Sequence record: SRR2962707_2219
Direction: 5' to 3' (one strand)
DNA length: 32,539 nucleotides
Under the pieces are notes generated by a model. The model saw nothing but the letters and a program-made list of their open reading frames with translations. It was not told the origin of the DNA and made no database searches. Shown here one piece after another: positions 1 through 8,800 of the stretch. The position numbers were made by a program, and so were the translations under genes. Position 1 is the first letter of the stretch. Every line of letters begins with the position of its first letter.

Positions 1-260
1 TTGAAGGCTGGCCAATGATAGCTGCCAATGGAGAAATCCAGAAAATCGGTCATGGCGCCCTGCCGCGGCCGGTCGAGCAGGTTGCCCAGTGCGCGCCGAT
101 GATGAGCCAGAGGCCCGTGGCCGTGAGGCGGTTCGGGCGATCCAGACAAGGAGCTCCGCGACTATGGCGAGCGTGCACTCCATCTGGATCCAAGCCGGAG
201 CCCCCCGAACTTTCCGAAGCCTACGTCGGTGTTGAAGCCGAGCACGACCAGTCGCCCGAC
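1..260 (-). pseudogene. lspA: Lipoprotein signal peptidase II remnant, frameshifted, running off the window start
   Basis: Minus-strand pieces read [41 protein letters not shown] and [31 protein letters not shown], matching LspA motifs (NxGxxFG, GGALGNxxDR, V(T)DF, WPxFN). At least two frame breaks, e.g. atcggcgcgcactgggcaac lacks one base of GGALGN. Confidence 0.8.
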
Positions 261-469
261 AAGCAGAAATCCGCCAGTGCGATTGAAAGGCTCGCCTGAG
301 CATATCGCATAATCCCTTAAGACTCAGGCTCAGCCGATCCGGTCGCTGGCCGGGAACGTGCGGAGGCACCAAAATTACAAAGCTGGAGAGATAGCCGGTA
401 GTGGGCGACACCATAACCACCCCGCCAGGGACGGCAACCTTGGGGGCCCCGGCCATTTCGGCGCATTGA

Positions 470-590
470 CAAAATCCGTGTCATGAACCCGCGCAGGATA
501 AAGGGCAGACCAAGGTCCAGCGAGTATACGGTCAACAGTGCCGTTCCGCTTGCAACTGTGGCGTTGGCGACTGCTCCATGTACACCGAGC
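470..590 (-). pseudogene. Possible CcdA/DsbD-like cytochrome c biogenesis protein fragment
   Basis: ATVASGTALLTVYSLDLGLPFIL resembles the CcdA motif G..LL..YSLGLGLPF; no intact surrounding gene. Confidence 0.45.
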
Positions 591-606
591 CCCATCAAAC
601 TACCCA

Positions 607-672
607 GATGCAAATCATTCCTACTTGCAAAAACACACGACTGTGCGATAGTTGTTGCGAACCATTCGCATT
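607..672 (+). promoter_or_regulatory. Promoter region with a Mur/Fur-like operator (TGCGAA-CCA-TTCGCA, 656-670) and a degenerate second box (ATGCAAATCATTCC, 608-621)
   Basis: Perfect 6-3-6 palindrome just upstream of the SD (AGAGGA 673-678) of the oxidase gene; resembles the rhizobial Mur box. Candidate -35 TTGCAA at 625-630. Confidence 0.6.
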
Positions 673-682
673 AGAGGACGCT

Positions 683-1822
683 ATGGCACTCGACAAATCC
701 GTGGACATGGTGAGGCGTCGCAGCCTCATTATTGGTGGCTTGGCCGTCGCGGGCAGTACGGTTGTGCTGACCTCCTCTGTCGCTGGTCAATCCATGCAGG
801 GTCACGATATGACCGCGATGCCAGACCCTGATCGACCTCCCCTTGATCTGGACGCGGCGCCTGGGGCGCATGAAGGCGGACACGGGCGGATGACGACGGT
901 GGGGAATGTCGACCTACAGCGCAACGGCTTCGATCCGACTGCAATGCTAACCGAATGGGATGTCGGCACCGTCTCGACGATGGATGACGGACGGACGCTG
1001 CGCACCTTCGAGGTAGAGGCCATCGACAAGGAGATCGAGATCGCCCCGGGTGTGATGTTTCCAGCCTGGACCTTCAACGGCCGTGTGCCTGGTCCCGCTC
1101 TCAGAGCAAAGGAAGGCGAACGGCTGCGGATCATCTTCCGTAACTACGGCTCCCATCCGCACTCCATGCACTTTCACGGCATCCATTCCTGGCGCATGGA
1201 CGGTGTGCCGGGGGCTGGCTTGATCAACCCGGGCGACGAGTTCATATACGAATTCGATGCCAAGCCATTCGGCTGCCACCTCTATCACTGTCATGCATTT
1301 CCGCTGAAGCGGCACATGCACAAAGGCATGTACGGAGCCTTCGTGATCGATCCCGATCCGGACCTCCATCCTGACAATACCGATGTCGCGCGATCCCGCC
1401 TGTTTGGCACGCCGGAGAATGCCCGCTGGCAGGAACTGGTGATGGTCATGAACGCCTTCGACACCAATTTCGACAATGAGAACGAGTTCTACGCGGTCAA
1501 CACGATCGCCAATGCCTATTCACAGAAGCCCATCCACATCGAGAAGTCGCGACCGGTGCGCATTTATCTCGTCAACGCAACCGAATTCGATCCCATCAAC
1601 TCGTTTCACCTGCACGCCAACTTCTTCAACTACTTCGATACCGGCACGACCCTGACCCCGACCCTGCGCACCGTCGATCTGATCATGCAGTGCCAGGCGC
1701 AGCGGGGCATTCTTGAGTTTAGCTACGCCGACCACGAGGCCGGCATGTACATGTTTCATGCCCACCAGTCAGAGTTCACCGAGCTGGGGTGGATGGGCAT
1801 GTTCGACATCGTGGAGGCCTGA
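683..1822 (+). CDS. Tat-exported two-domain multicopper oxidase (type C-like, T1 Cu site in domain 1)
   Basis: ATG 683 follows AGAGGA; RRRSLI twin-arginine leader; copper motifs HSMHFH, YHCH...H..KGM, FHLH and MFHAH (domain 2 lacks the T1 Cys). Confidence 0.88.
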   Translation: MALDKSVDMVRRRSLIIGGLAVAGSTVVLTSSVAGQSMQGHDMTAMPDPDRPPLDLDAAPGAHEGGHGRMTTVGNVDLQRNGFDPTAMLTEWDVGTVSTMDDGRTLRTFEVEAIDKEIEIAPGVMFPAWTFNGRVPGPALRAKEGERLRIIFRNYGSHPHSMHFHGIHSWRMDGVPGAGLINPGDEFIYEFDAKPFGCHLYHCHAFPLKRHMHKGMYGAFVIDPDPDLHPDNTDVARSRLFGTPENARWQELVMVMNAFDTNFDNENEFYAVNTIANAYSQKPIHIEKSRPVRIYLVNATEFDPINSFHLHANFFNYFDTGTTLTPTLRTVDLIMQCQAQRGILEFSYADHEAGMYMFHAHQSEFTELGWMGMFDIVEA

Positions 1823-1823
1823 T

Positions 1824-3011
1824 ATGACCGAGCTTGCACAATCGTCCAACGCCTCGTCCGGCCTGCGCCGGTTTTTCTGGCTGCTGGCGCCCCTGCTGGT
1901 GCTGGCCATTGCCATTATCTGGGTTGCTGCGGCAGACCCGCTTCGAAGCTTCAACAATGGCGCCCCTCCGGTCGAAGCGATCACCTTTGAGAGGACGGTC
2001 CTGAATGACGGTGGCATCCAGGTCCAGGTCCGTGCCGGCGGCTCCGAGGACATGACGGTCGCGCAGGTCCAGGTAGACGACGCCTATTGGGATTTCGCCA
2101 TGACCCCCTCCGGCCCGCTGGCGCGCGGATCGACCGCATGGATAGACATTCCCTATCCCTGGGTGCTGGGCGAAGCGCACCGTGTCAAACTGGTGACCAA
2201 TACCGGCGCTACCTTCGAGCACGAAATCGCCGTCGCGGTGCCCACGCCGGTTGCCACCCAAAGACAACTCCTCCAGCAGGCCGTGGTCGGTGCGATCGTC
2301 GGTATTTTGCCTGTCGCCATCGGTTTGATGTTCTATCCGGCCATGCGCAACATGGGCACGTCAGGCATGGGTTTCGTGCTGGCCCTCACAGTGGGCTTAC
2401 TCGCCTTCCTGCTCGTCGACATGACCCTCGAGGCGTTGGAGTTGGCTGCCGAGTCGGCGCCTCTTTTCCAGGGGCCGGCAATGGTCATCCTCGCGGCTCT
2501 GGCGACGTTCCTGATTCTCATGGGTATCAGCCGCCGCGGCGGGCGGCCCGAAGGGCTGGCTTTGGCTTTTTACATCGCCTTCGGGATCGGCCTGCACAAT
2601 TTTGGAGAGGGCCTCGCCATTGGCGCAGCCTTCGCCGCTGGCTCTGCAGGTCTCGGGACCTTCCTCGTTCTCGGTTTCGCCATTCACAATGTCACCGAGG
2701 GTATCGGCATTGCCGCTCCCATCGTTCGACAAAAGCCACCGCTTTGGGCCTTCGGTGCCCTTACATTGGTCGCTGGTGCACCTGCGGTTTTTGGCATGTG
2801 GATCGGCAGCCTCGCCTACGGCTCCCAATGGTCAGCCCTCGCCCTGGGGGTTGGGGCCGGTGCCATTCTCCAGGTGATCGTCGAAGTGAGCGCCTTTTTC
2901 CTGCGCAGCAGCGGGGGCCGGGGGCCATCCTGGTTATCGCCGCCGGTCCTGTCGGGCTTTCTGGTCGGCGTGGCGTTCATGTACGTCACAGCTGCCGCCA
3001 TCAAGGTGTAG
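1824..3011 (+). CDS. ZIP (ZupT/GufA) family divalent metal transporter with an extra N-terminal TM helix and soluble domain
   Basis: GIGLHNFGEGLAIG and FAIHNVTEGIGI ZIP signature helices; multiple TM segments; ATG 1 nt after the oxidase stop. Confidence 0.88.
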   Translation: MTELAQSSNASSGLRRFFWLLAPLLVLAIAIIWVAAADPLRSFNNGAPPVEAITFERTVLNDGGIQVQVRAGGSEDMTVAQVQVDDAYWDFAMTPSGPLARGSTAWIDIPYPWVLGEAHRVKLVTNTGATFEHEIAVAVPTPVATQRQLLQQAVVGAIVGILPVAIGLMFYPAMRNMGTSGMGFVLALTVGLLAFLLVDMTLEALELAAESAPLFQGPAMVILAALATFLILMGISRRGGRPEGLALAFYIAFGIGLHNFGEGLAIGAAFAAGSAGLGTFLVLGFAIHNVTEGIGIAAPIVRQKPPLWAFGALTLVAGAPAVFGMWIGSLAYGSQWSALALGVGAGAILQVIVEVSAFFLRSSGGRGPSWLSPPVLSGFLVGVAFMYVTAAAIKV

Positions 3012-3379
3012 CGGGAGCCCATCGATTGAAAGGCGACGCTTTTGCGGGCACTCCTGCTGTATTCATTCTGCACAAGCGCAACGCAACACTTGTGAATGTC
3101 ATGTTTCTCGTTGGCTCCACTCCCTTTCATGAAGATTTTTGGGACCGTGCTTCGGCGCAATTGGCAAGACCTATGGAGGAGGCTACCTCTTTTCGCCGTG
3201 AATTGCCGCTTGGTAGCGCGTCCGACGTCCGCTTTTAGTCGACCGCTGAAGCGGCAAACCTGTCTGATTTGGTGAAGGTTCAACCGCAATCCGCGCATGG
3301 AAACCGTGTGGCAAACTCTGCTGCGACCGCGGCAGTCGGCAATCCAGTCATCGGCCAGGTGTATGAAGCGCAGGGCTAC

Positions 3380-3487
3380 TTCGCGGGTCAGGCCAAGACG
3401 GATCGAATCTCCATCCCATACCCGGATCTCGGCCGGTTCGCATGAAAGGGTGCAAAACAGGATGGACACGATGATATGGCTGTTCAT
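3380..3487 (-). pseudogene. 5' fragment of a thermonuclease (SNase-like) gene downstream of traH
   Basis: ATGA overlap with the traH stop; signal-like N-terminus then IRVWDGDSIRL (SNase DGDT/S motif); similarity is lost after about codon 35 (no IDAPE). Confidence 0.6.
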
Positions 3488-4116
3488 TGGCTCGAGGGAG
3501 GCTCCTGATTGTGGACACGGATGCCGGATAGATCAATGCGGATAGAAGCGGAGTTGGGGTCCTGATAGCTAAAGGGCGGCTCCGACGGCCCCGCCTCGGC
3601 CTCAGCCTGGGCGGCATCGCCGGTTCCGGGTTCCGCCTGCGCCGTCGAGCGCTCGGGCGCCATGACCTCGACTTCCGGATCTTCGGCATAGAAGATGCGT
3701 TCGCCCTCGAACCAGCCGGTGCGATAAGCATATATCGCGTCCTCAAAAGCCGGTTCGGCTGGCCCGCCATACCATTGCGTGACGACGCGCAGCACCTTGC
3801 CGAAGAGCTCCGTGCCCATGCGCAGATTCTCGCAGTTGTCGAACAGCTCATAGCTAATCTCGGACGGATCGGTGATGCCAAGGCCGGCCGGATATTGTGT
3901 GAGCCCGACGCGCACATTCGCCTGCCCTACCCATTCCCGCGTCGTCTCGATGGCCTGCTCGACGGTTTCTGGTTTCGGCACGAGGATCGTGCGGTTGCCC
4001 TGGGCAACAAAGATGGTCAGGTGGTCGGAAGCGTTCATTTCGGAAACGAACTGCTGAACGATTTCGACCTCAAGTCGGGGATCGGCACAGAGCTGGATCA
4101 ATTCAGGATCGATCAT
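3484..4116 (-). CDS. traH: Ti-type conjugal transfer protein TraH
   Basis: MIDPELIQLCADPRL...VRVGLTQYPAG...CENLRMGTELF is typical of rhizobial TraH; position after traB; SD AGAGAGGG. Confidence 0.85.
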   Translation of the reverse strand: MIDPELIQLCADPRLEVEIVQQFVSEMNASDHLTIFVAQGNRTILVPKPETVEQAIETTREWVGQANVRVGLTQYPAGLGITDPSEISYELFDNCENLRMGTELFGKVLRVVTQWYGGPAEPAFEDAIYAYRTGWFEGERIFYAEDPEVEVMAPERSTAQAEPGTGDAAQAEAEAGPSEPPFSYQDPNSASIRIDLSGIRVHNQEPPSSQ

Positions 4117-4127
4117 CGGACCCTCTC

Positions 4128-5297
4128 TTAGTGGTTGAATGCCATGACCAGCGGCACACCGAAAAGCGCGGCCCACGCCTCGGCACTCGCCTTCTGGATG
4201 GCGACGATGTTGGTATCACCCGTCCACCAGCCGTTCCCGGTCGCCACGATCACCTCGGGACCATAGAGCATCGATTGCAGGATCGGCCAGATGATGAGTT
4301 GTTCGTAGCAGATCAGCGGCGCGATCCTGACGCTGGCAAAGTCCACGATCGGATTGGCAAAGAAATGCGCGTTGGCCCCGCCTGTAGTCCAGGGCTGCCA
4401 CATGGAAATCGGCACAGGCATCCGCTCGTAATAGATGACCTCACTGCCCTGCCCGCCAACCTCGACCATGACGTTATCGTATCCGGACTGGTCGATGACG
4501 ATAGCCCCGCCATTGACAGTTACATCGATCCCGGCCAGTTCGCGGGTCCAAAGCCTCTCAGCGGTCTCGGTCCAGATTCCGAATGCGCTTTCGGGCAAGA
4601 CGACAACGCTTGCCCCCTGCCCCGCGGCCTCCTTGACCATACCGATCGTCGCCATGTGCTGGGCGTAATCGGCGTATTGGCCAGCTTGGCTAAACTGGAA
4701 GCTGGTGTCGATCCCAGCCCAGCCGTCGAGCTCTGCTGGGGGCGTCCAGTTCGCAGCGGACCACGCAAACGCTCCGCCCACGACGAGCGTGGCGATCGGC
4801 CAATATCGCGTCGTCACGGCGATGAGGCCGATCGCTGTCGCCGCCAGGCCGAACCAGCCCCAGCCGGGAAACAGGACGCCGGCCGCCGTGATCGGGCTTG
4901 CCCATCCGGCTATGCCGAAAGGCGGCAAGCTCATGAGTATCGCGGCAAGCCCGTAGCGGGCGGGGCGATGCCAGCCGGTTTTCGGCGTCCAAAGTCCGGC
5001 ATGGACGGCGACGAACATGAGCGAGGCCATAAGCCATAGGGCAAGGCCCATGCTCATGTCGGAGCCGTAAAAGATCGCAACGCCTTCCGGGAGACCTCGG
5101 GACGCGGCAAGGAAGTGGGCGAGAGCGACGAGAGCGGCAACGCCGCGCGACGGGGCGAAGGCCCAGAGCGCCGGGAACAGGACGCCGGCAGCAAGGGCGA
5201 GCGTATGGCCGCTCCACCCGACGGCTCCGGTGAAGATTCCGCCCGCAACGAATGCGGCTGAGAGCGCAAGGCTACGGGGCGAAGGTGAGAACTTCAC
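4128..5297 (-). CDS. traB: Ti-type conjugal transfer protein TraB (membrane protein with a nitrilase/Lnt-like domain); start uncertain (GTG 5297 or ATG 5351)
   Basis: LPPFGIAGWASPITAAGVLFPGWGW, VVLPES, RMPVPISMWQPW and PLICYEQL motifs; synteny traA-traF-traB-traH. Confidence 0.85.
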   Translation of the reverse strand: MKFSPSPRSLALSAAFVAGGIFTGAVGWSGHTLALAAGVLFPALWAFAPSRGVAALVALAHFLAASRGLPEGVAIFYGSDMSMGLALWLMASLMFVAVHAGLWTPKTGWHRPARYGLAAILMSLPPFGIAGWASPITAAGVLFPGWGWFGLAATAIGLIAVTTRYWPIATLVVGGAFAWSAANWTPPAELDGWAGIDTSFQFSQAGQYADYAQHMATIGMVKEAAGQGASVVVLPESAFGIWTETAERLWTRELAGIDVTVNGGAIVIDQSGYDNVMVEVGGQGSEVIYYERMPVPISMWQPWTTGGANAHFFANPIVDFASVRIAPLICYEQLIIWPILQSMLYGPEVIVATGNGWWTGDTNIVAIQKASAEAWAALFGVPLVMAFNH

Positions 5298-5805
5298 GGG
5301 CAAGGCCAAGCGTTCCCTCGGCCGGGAGCGGCCCGAAATAGCGTGAATCATAGGAACCGACGAAATCTGAGTGAACAAAGAACGCGCCCGCTTCCACGGT
5401 CCCGCCGCCATGGACTGGCATTGCCCGCCCTTCCGCGTCCGCCTTAAGGACAGCGGAATGCGGGAGCGGGGTGCCGTCAATGATGACCTGGCCGTCAATC
5501 TCGACCGTCTGTCCGGACAGGGCAACTACGGTTTTGATGAGCGGTCCAGTTCCCGAAGCACATAGGCCGCGCGGCAGGTATCCGCGTTCAAGCGCCAGCT
5601 CCGCCGCCGCGCCCGGTGGCGGGCATATGAATATCCTGTCCCCAATCCTCACCTCCCGGTCCAGTGGCTCGATATGCCACAGGCCATAGGCGTAGCTGGG
5701 TGTGAAGTTGACGCGATATCCGCCAATGGCGAAGGCAGCCGCCATCGAACCGAGAATGACGACGCCGGAACTGAGGATGGCGATAGCAGCGCGCCGGTTG
5801 GTCAT
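5272..5805 (-). CDS. traF: Conjugative transfer signal peptidase TraF (S26 family)
   Basis: NFTPS, PLIKTVVA and SYDSRYFGP motifs; ATGA overlap with the traA stop. Confidence 0.92.
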   Translation of the reverse strand: MTNRRAAIAILSSGVVILGSMAAAFAIGGYRVNFTPSYAYGLWHIEPLDREVRIGDRIFICPPPGAAAELALERGYLPRGLCASGTGPLIKTVVALSGQTVEIDGQVIIDGTPLPHSAVLKADAEGRAMPVHGGGTVEAGAFFVHSDFVGSYDSRYFGPLPAEGTLGLAREVLTFAP

Positions 5806-8800
5806 CTCGTCATCCCCTGATCGCGGGTTTGCGTCTGCGCCCTCGCCTGCTGGCGAGCCTGCTTTTGCTCCTGGGCCGCAATCTGCTGGCTGGCATGGAA
5901 CAAGGGCCATGCCGTTGCCAGCTTCGCCCGGTCGCCTTCGGCCAGTTTCGCCGCCGCCGCCTCGAACGCGGGGCCGCTCGGCTCTTTCGAGGCAAAGGCG
6001 CGCTTGCCGAACTTGTCGTCCAGGGACTTGTTGAGCCGGTCGATCTCGCCTTTGACCATTTTGTCGGCCAGGGCGTAGGCCATGCCTGCATCGATATCGT
6101 TGCGGTCGATGGCATCGCGAACCCGTTCGAGCATCTGGTTGCCCACTGCGGATATGGCGGGCACGTCGATGCGTTGAAGATCCCGCTCGCGCGAAAGCTC
6201 GACCGTGCGAAGGTCAGCGATCTCGGCCCGCAACCGGACATAGTTTCCGATCTGGTCGCGCAGGGCCGGCACATTGTTCATGGCGCGGTCCCGCTCGGCT
6301 TTGGCGGCGCTCGATGCAAACAGGCCGGTCTTCCCGCGCAACGGGCCGTAGGCTTGTGGATCGCGGGCAAGCTGATCGCTGATTGTCTCTGCCGCTGCCC
6401 TGTCACCCTGCAAAGCTTTTGCGAACCCCATTGAGGCCATGGCCTCCTGCGGCTTCTCATAGACGTTCCTCATACGATCCTGAATCTGCGTCCAATGGAC
6501 GGTGAGCTGGGCGTCTGATTGCATCTTTGCCTCCACGGCTTGTTCGATTGTGAGTCGCCATGTCGCGCGACCGCGCAACCAGGGCTGTGAGGGTGCCGGC
6601 ATGGCCTGCGCGACAATTGTGCGGTCGCGGCCAAACCGCTCGACAAAGGACGCGAGCTTGCGACTGGCGGCAGCAAGCCGGTCGCGCTGTCGCGCCAGCC
6701 AGCGCGTTTGATTAACGGCCGCGGCCTTCATGACGCGGGCACCATAGAGGCCCCGACGGGTCGCATAGGCCACGGCCTGAGCGTGAAGTTTCGAGCCCGT
6801 GAAGTCGAGCGTGGTGGATTTGGCAGCCGAACGCGACAGGCGCGCGACGAGCTGGCCGAACAGGGCGGACTTCTCCGGCTCTTTGGCTAAACGGGCTGCG
6901 CGTGTCTCGGCCGCTTCCAGCCTTCTCGCTTCCCACACATTGCGCTCGACAAGCCGTTCCTCGATCCGTGTCTTGCCCGTAGCGGCATCTTTGACCGGAA
7001 CCTTTATGGTCACTTCCTCCGCGCCGCTGCGGCGAAGGGAAACCGTGTCCCCTGTCTCGGCCCCTGCCCTCGATATGGCCTCGGGAAGCGTCACGCCCCA
7101 AAGCCGGTGAACAACAGCATCGGGGGTTTTCACATCGGCATAGGGGCTCGGTTTGGCTTGGCGGCTGTCACCGAACTGTGCCTCGCCCTTCTCGACCAGC
7201 TCGCCAGTGACACCCTGCGCATGGTCAACCTTTCCGGGTCGGCTGAACAGCACTTCGGCACCCACTCTCGAGAACGCCGGATCGCCCGCCTCAATGACAT
7301 TGGCGGTCCAGACATTGCGCTCGGCAATCCGGTCCTCGAAACGCTTCTCGCCGGTCGCTTCGTCCACGACTACGACCTTTACCTTGACCTCTTCGGTGCT
7401 ATTGCGCCGAAGAGTGATCGTATCGCCAATTCGGGCATTGGCCTTGCCAATCGCCTGCGGCAAGCTCACGCCCCAAAGCCGATGCATGATCCCGGCCGGG
7501 TCGCGCAAATCAACATACGGCGTCGGCTTGGCGTCCTCGGTGTCGCGGAACTTCGCCTCCCCTGCATCGATCATCTGGCCGGTAACACCGGCAGCGTGAT
7601 CGACGCGGATCGAGCGCTTGAATTCGTCGGCACCTACATAAAGCTGCACCGCGTCACGGTGCCGGGTTAGCGCCACATAGGTCAAATGGCGGTCGAACAT
7701 CGATGACGCGAGAACCTTCACTCTGTCGATGGTGACGCCCTGCGATTTGTGGATCGTGGTGGCGTAGCCATGGTCGATCTTTGCATAGATATGCTGCTCG
7801 ATCTCGACGCGGCGCACGTCCGGCCCACTACGTGGGTCCCCACTATGTGGGTCGCCGATCTCGGCAATGATCTTGCCCTGCTCGGCTTCGACAACCCGGC
7901 CAATCATGCCGTTCATCACGCCAAGCGAGCCTTCGTTTTCGAGGAACACGATCTGGTCGCCGGCCGCGAAATTGCGGATGCCGTTGGCCGTACGGAACGC
8001 ATGACCCTGTTCGATGACGCCCTTTTCAATCAGCGCCGCCCGCGCCTGGGCGTTCAACTCGGCCACGTCCTTGCGCATAAAGGCCAGCATGAGGGTCGTG
8101 CGGTTCGGGTCGTAATCGGCAACCCAATCGTCCACCATGGACGCAATGGCTTCGTCCTTGGTCGCCTTCTCGATGATATGGCCCTTCTCCTGATAGGCCG
8201 CGAGGGCATCGCTGACATTGCCCCGCGCAAGGGCCATGGACGCATCACGCATCCATTGCTCGCGCTGCCGGTAAATGGTCGAGAGTTCGGCAAAGCCAAT
8301 CTGTTCGGATAGCGCCCGGAAAGTCCCGCCCGCCTCAATCGGCTGGAGCTGATCGGCATCACCGACCAGAACGATCTTGGCTCCGGCGTGAGCTGCGGCT
8401 GATACAAAATCGGCCATCTGGCGCGAGGACACCATGCCCGCTTCGTCCATGACGAACACGGTTTTCTCGTCCAGCTTCAGACGTCCCTGCTCCCATTGCA
8501 GCGCCCAGGACGCGAGGGTGCGGCTCTCGATTCCAGCCTCCTTTTGCAGCCCTTCGGCCGCCTTGCCGGCAAGCGCACCGCCGGCAACGCGATAGCCAGA
8601 CGCCTCCCAGATCTCGCGCGCGGCCTTCATCATTGTGGTCTTGCCGGCACCGGCGCGACCGACGATCAGGGCGAGACGTTCATTGCCCGTGGCGAGCGCA
8701 ATCGCGTTGCGCTGCTCATCGGAAAGCTGGCGATGGTTGGCCAGAACCTCATTGCGAATATGCGCCTGGGCACCGAACGAACCATGGGTCGAAAGATACG

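Noticed and set aside
683-1822. Copper nitrite reductase (nirK)
   Set aside because: HCH plus HxH motifs in both domains indicate trinuclear-cluster ligands of a two-domain multicopper oxidase; NirK lacks this full set.
2087-3238. 383-aa alternative-frame ORF and other long overlapping ORFs (e.g. 4131-5039, 17898-18746, 20718-21419)
   Set aside because: Arg/Pro/Ala-rich shadow frames of high-GC genes with no motifs, overlapping well-supported CDSs.
2816-3487. 223-aa ORF as an intact gene
   Set aside because: Only the first ~35 codons look like a nuclease; the rest runs through junction DNA and antisense into the ZIP gene.
4128-5297. Apolipoprotein N-acyltransferase (lnt)
   Set aside because: The nitrilase-like motifs are a known feature of Ti-type TraB, and synteny with traF and traH supports TraB.
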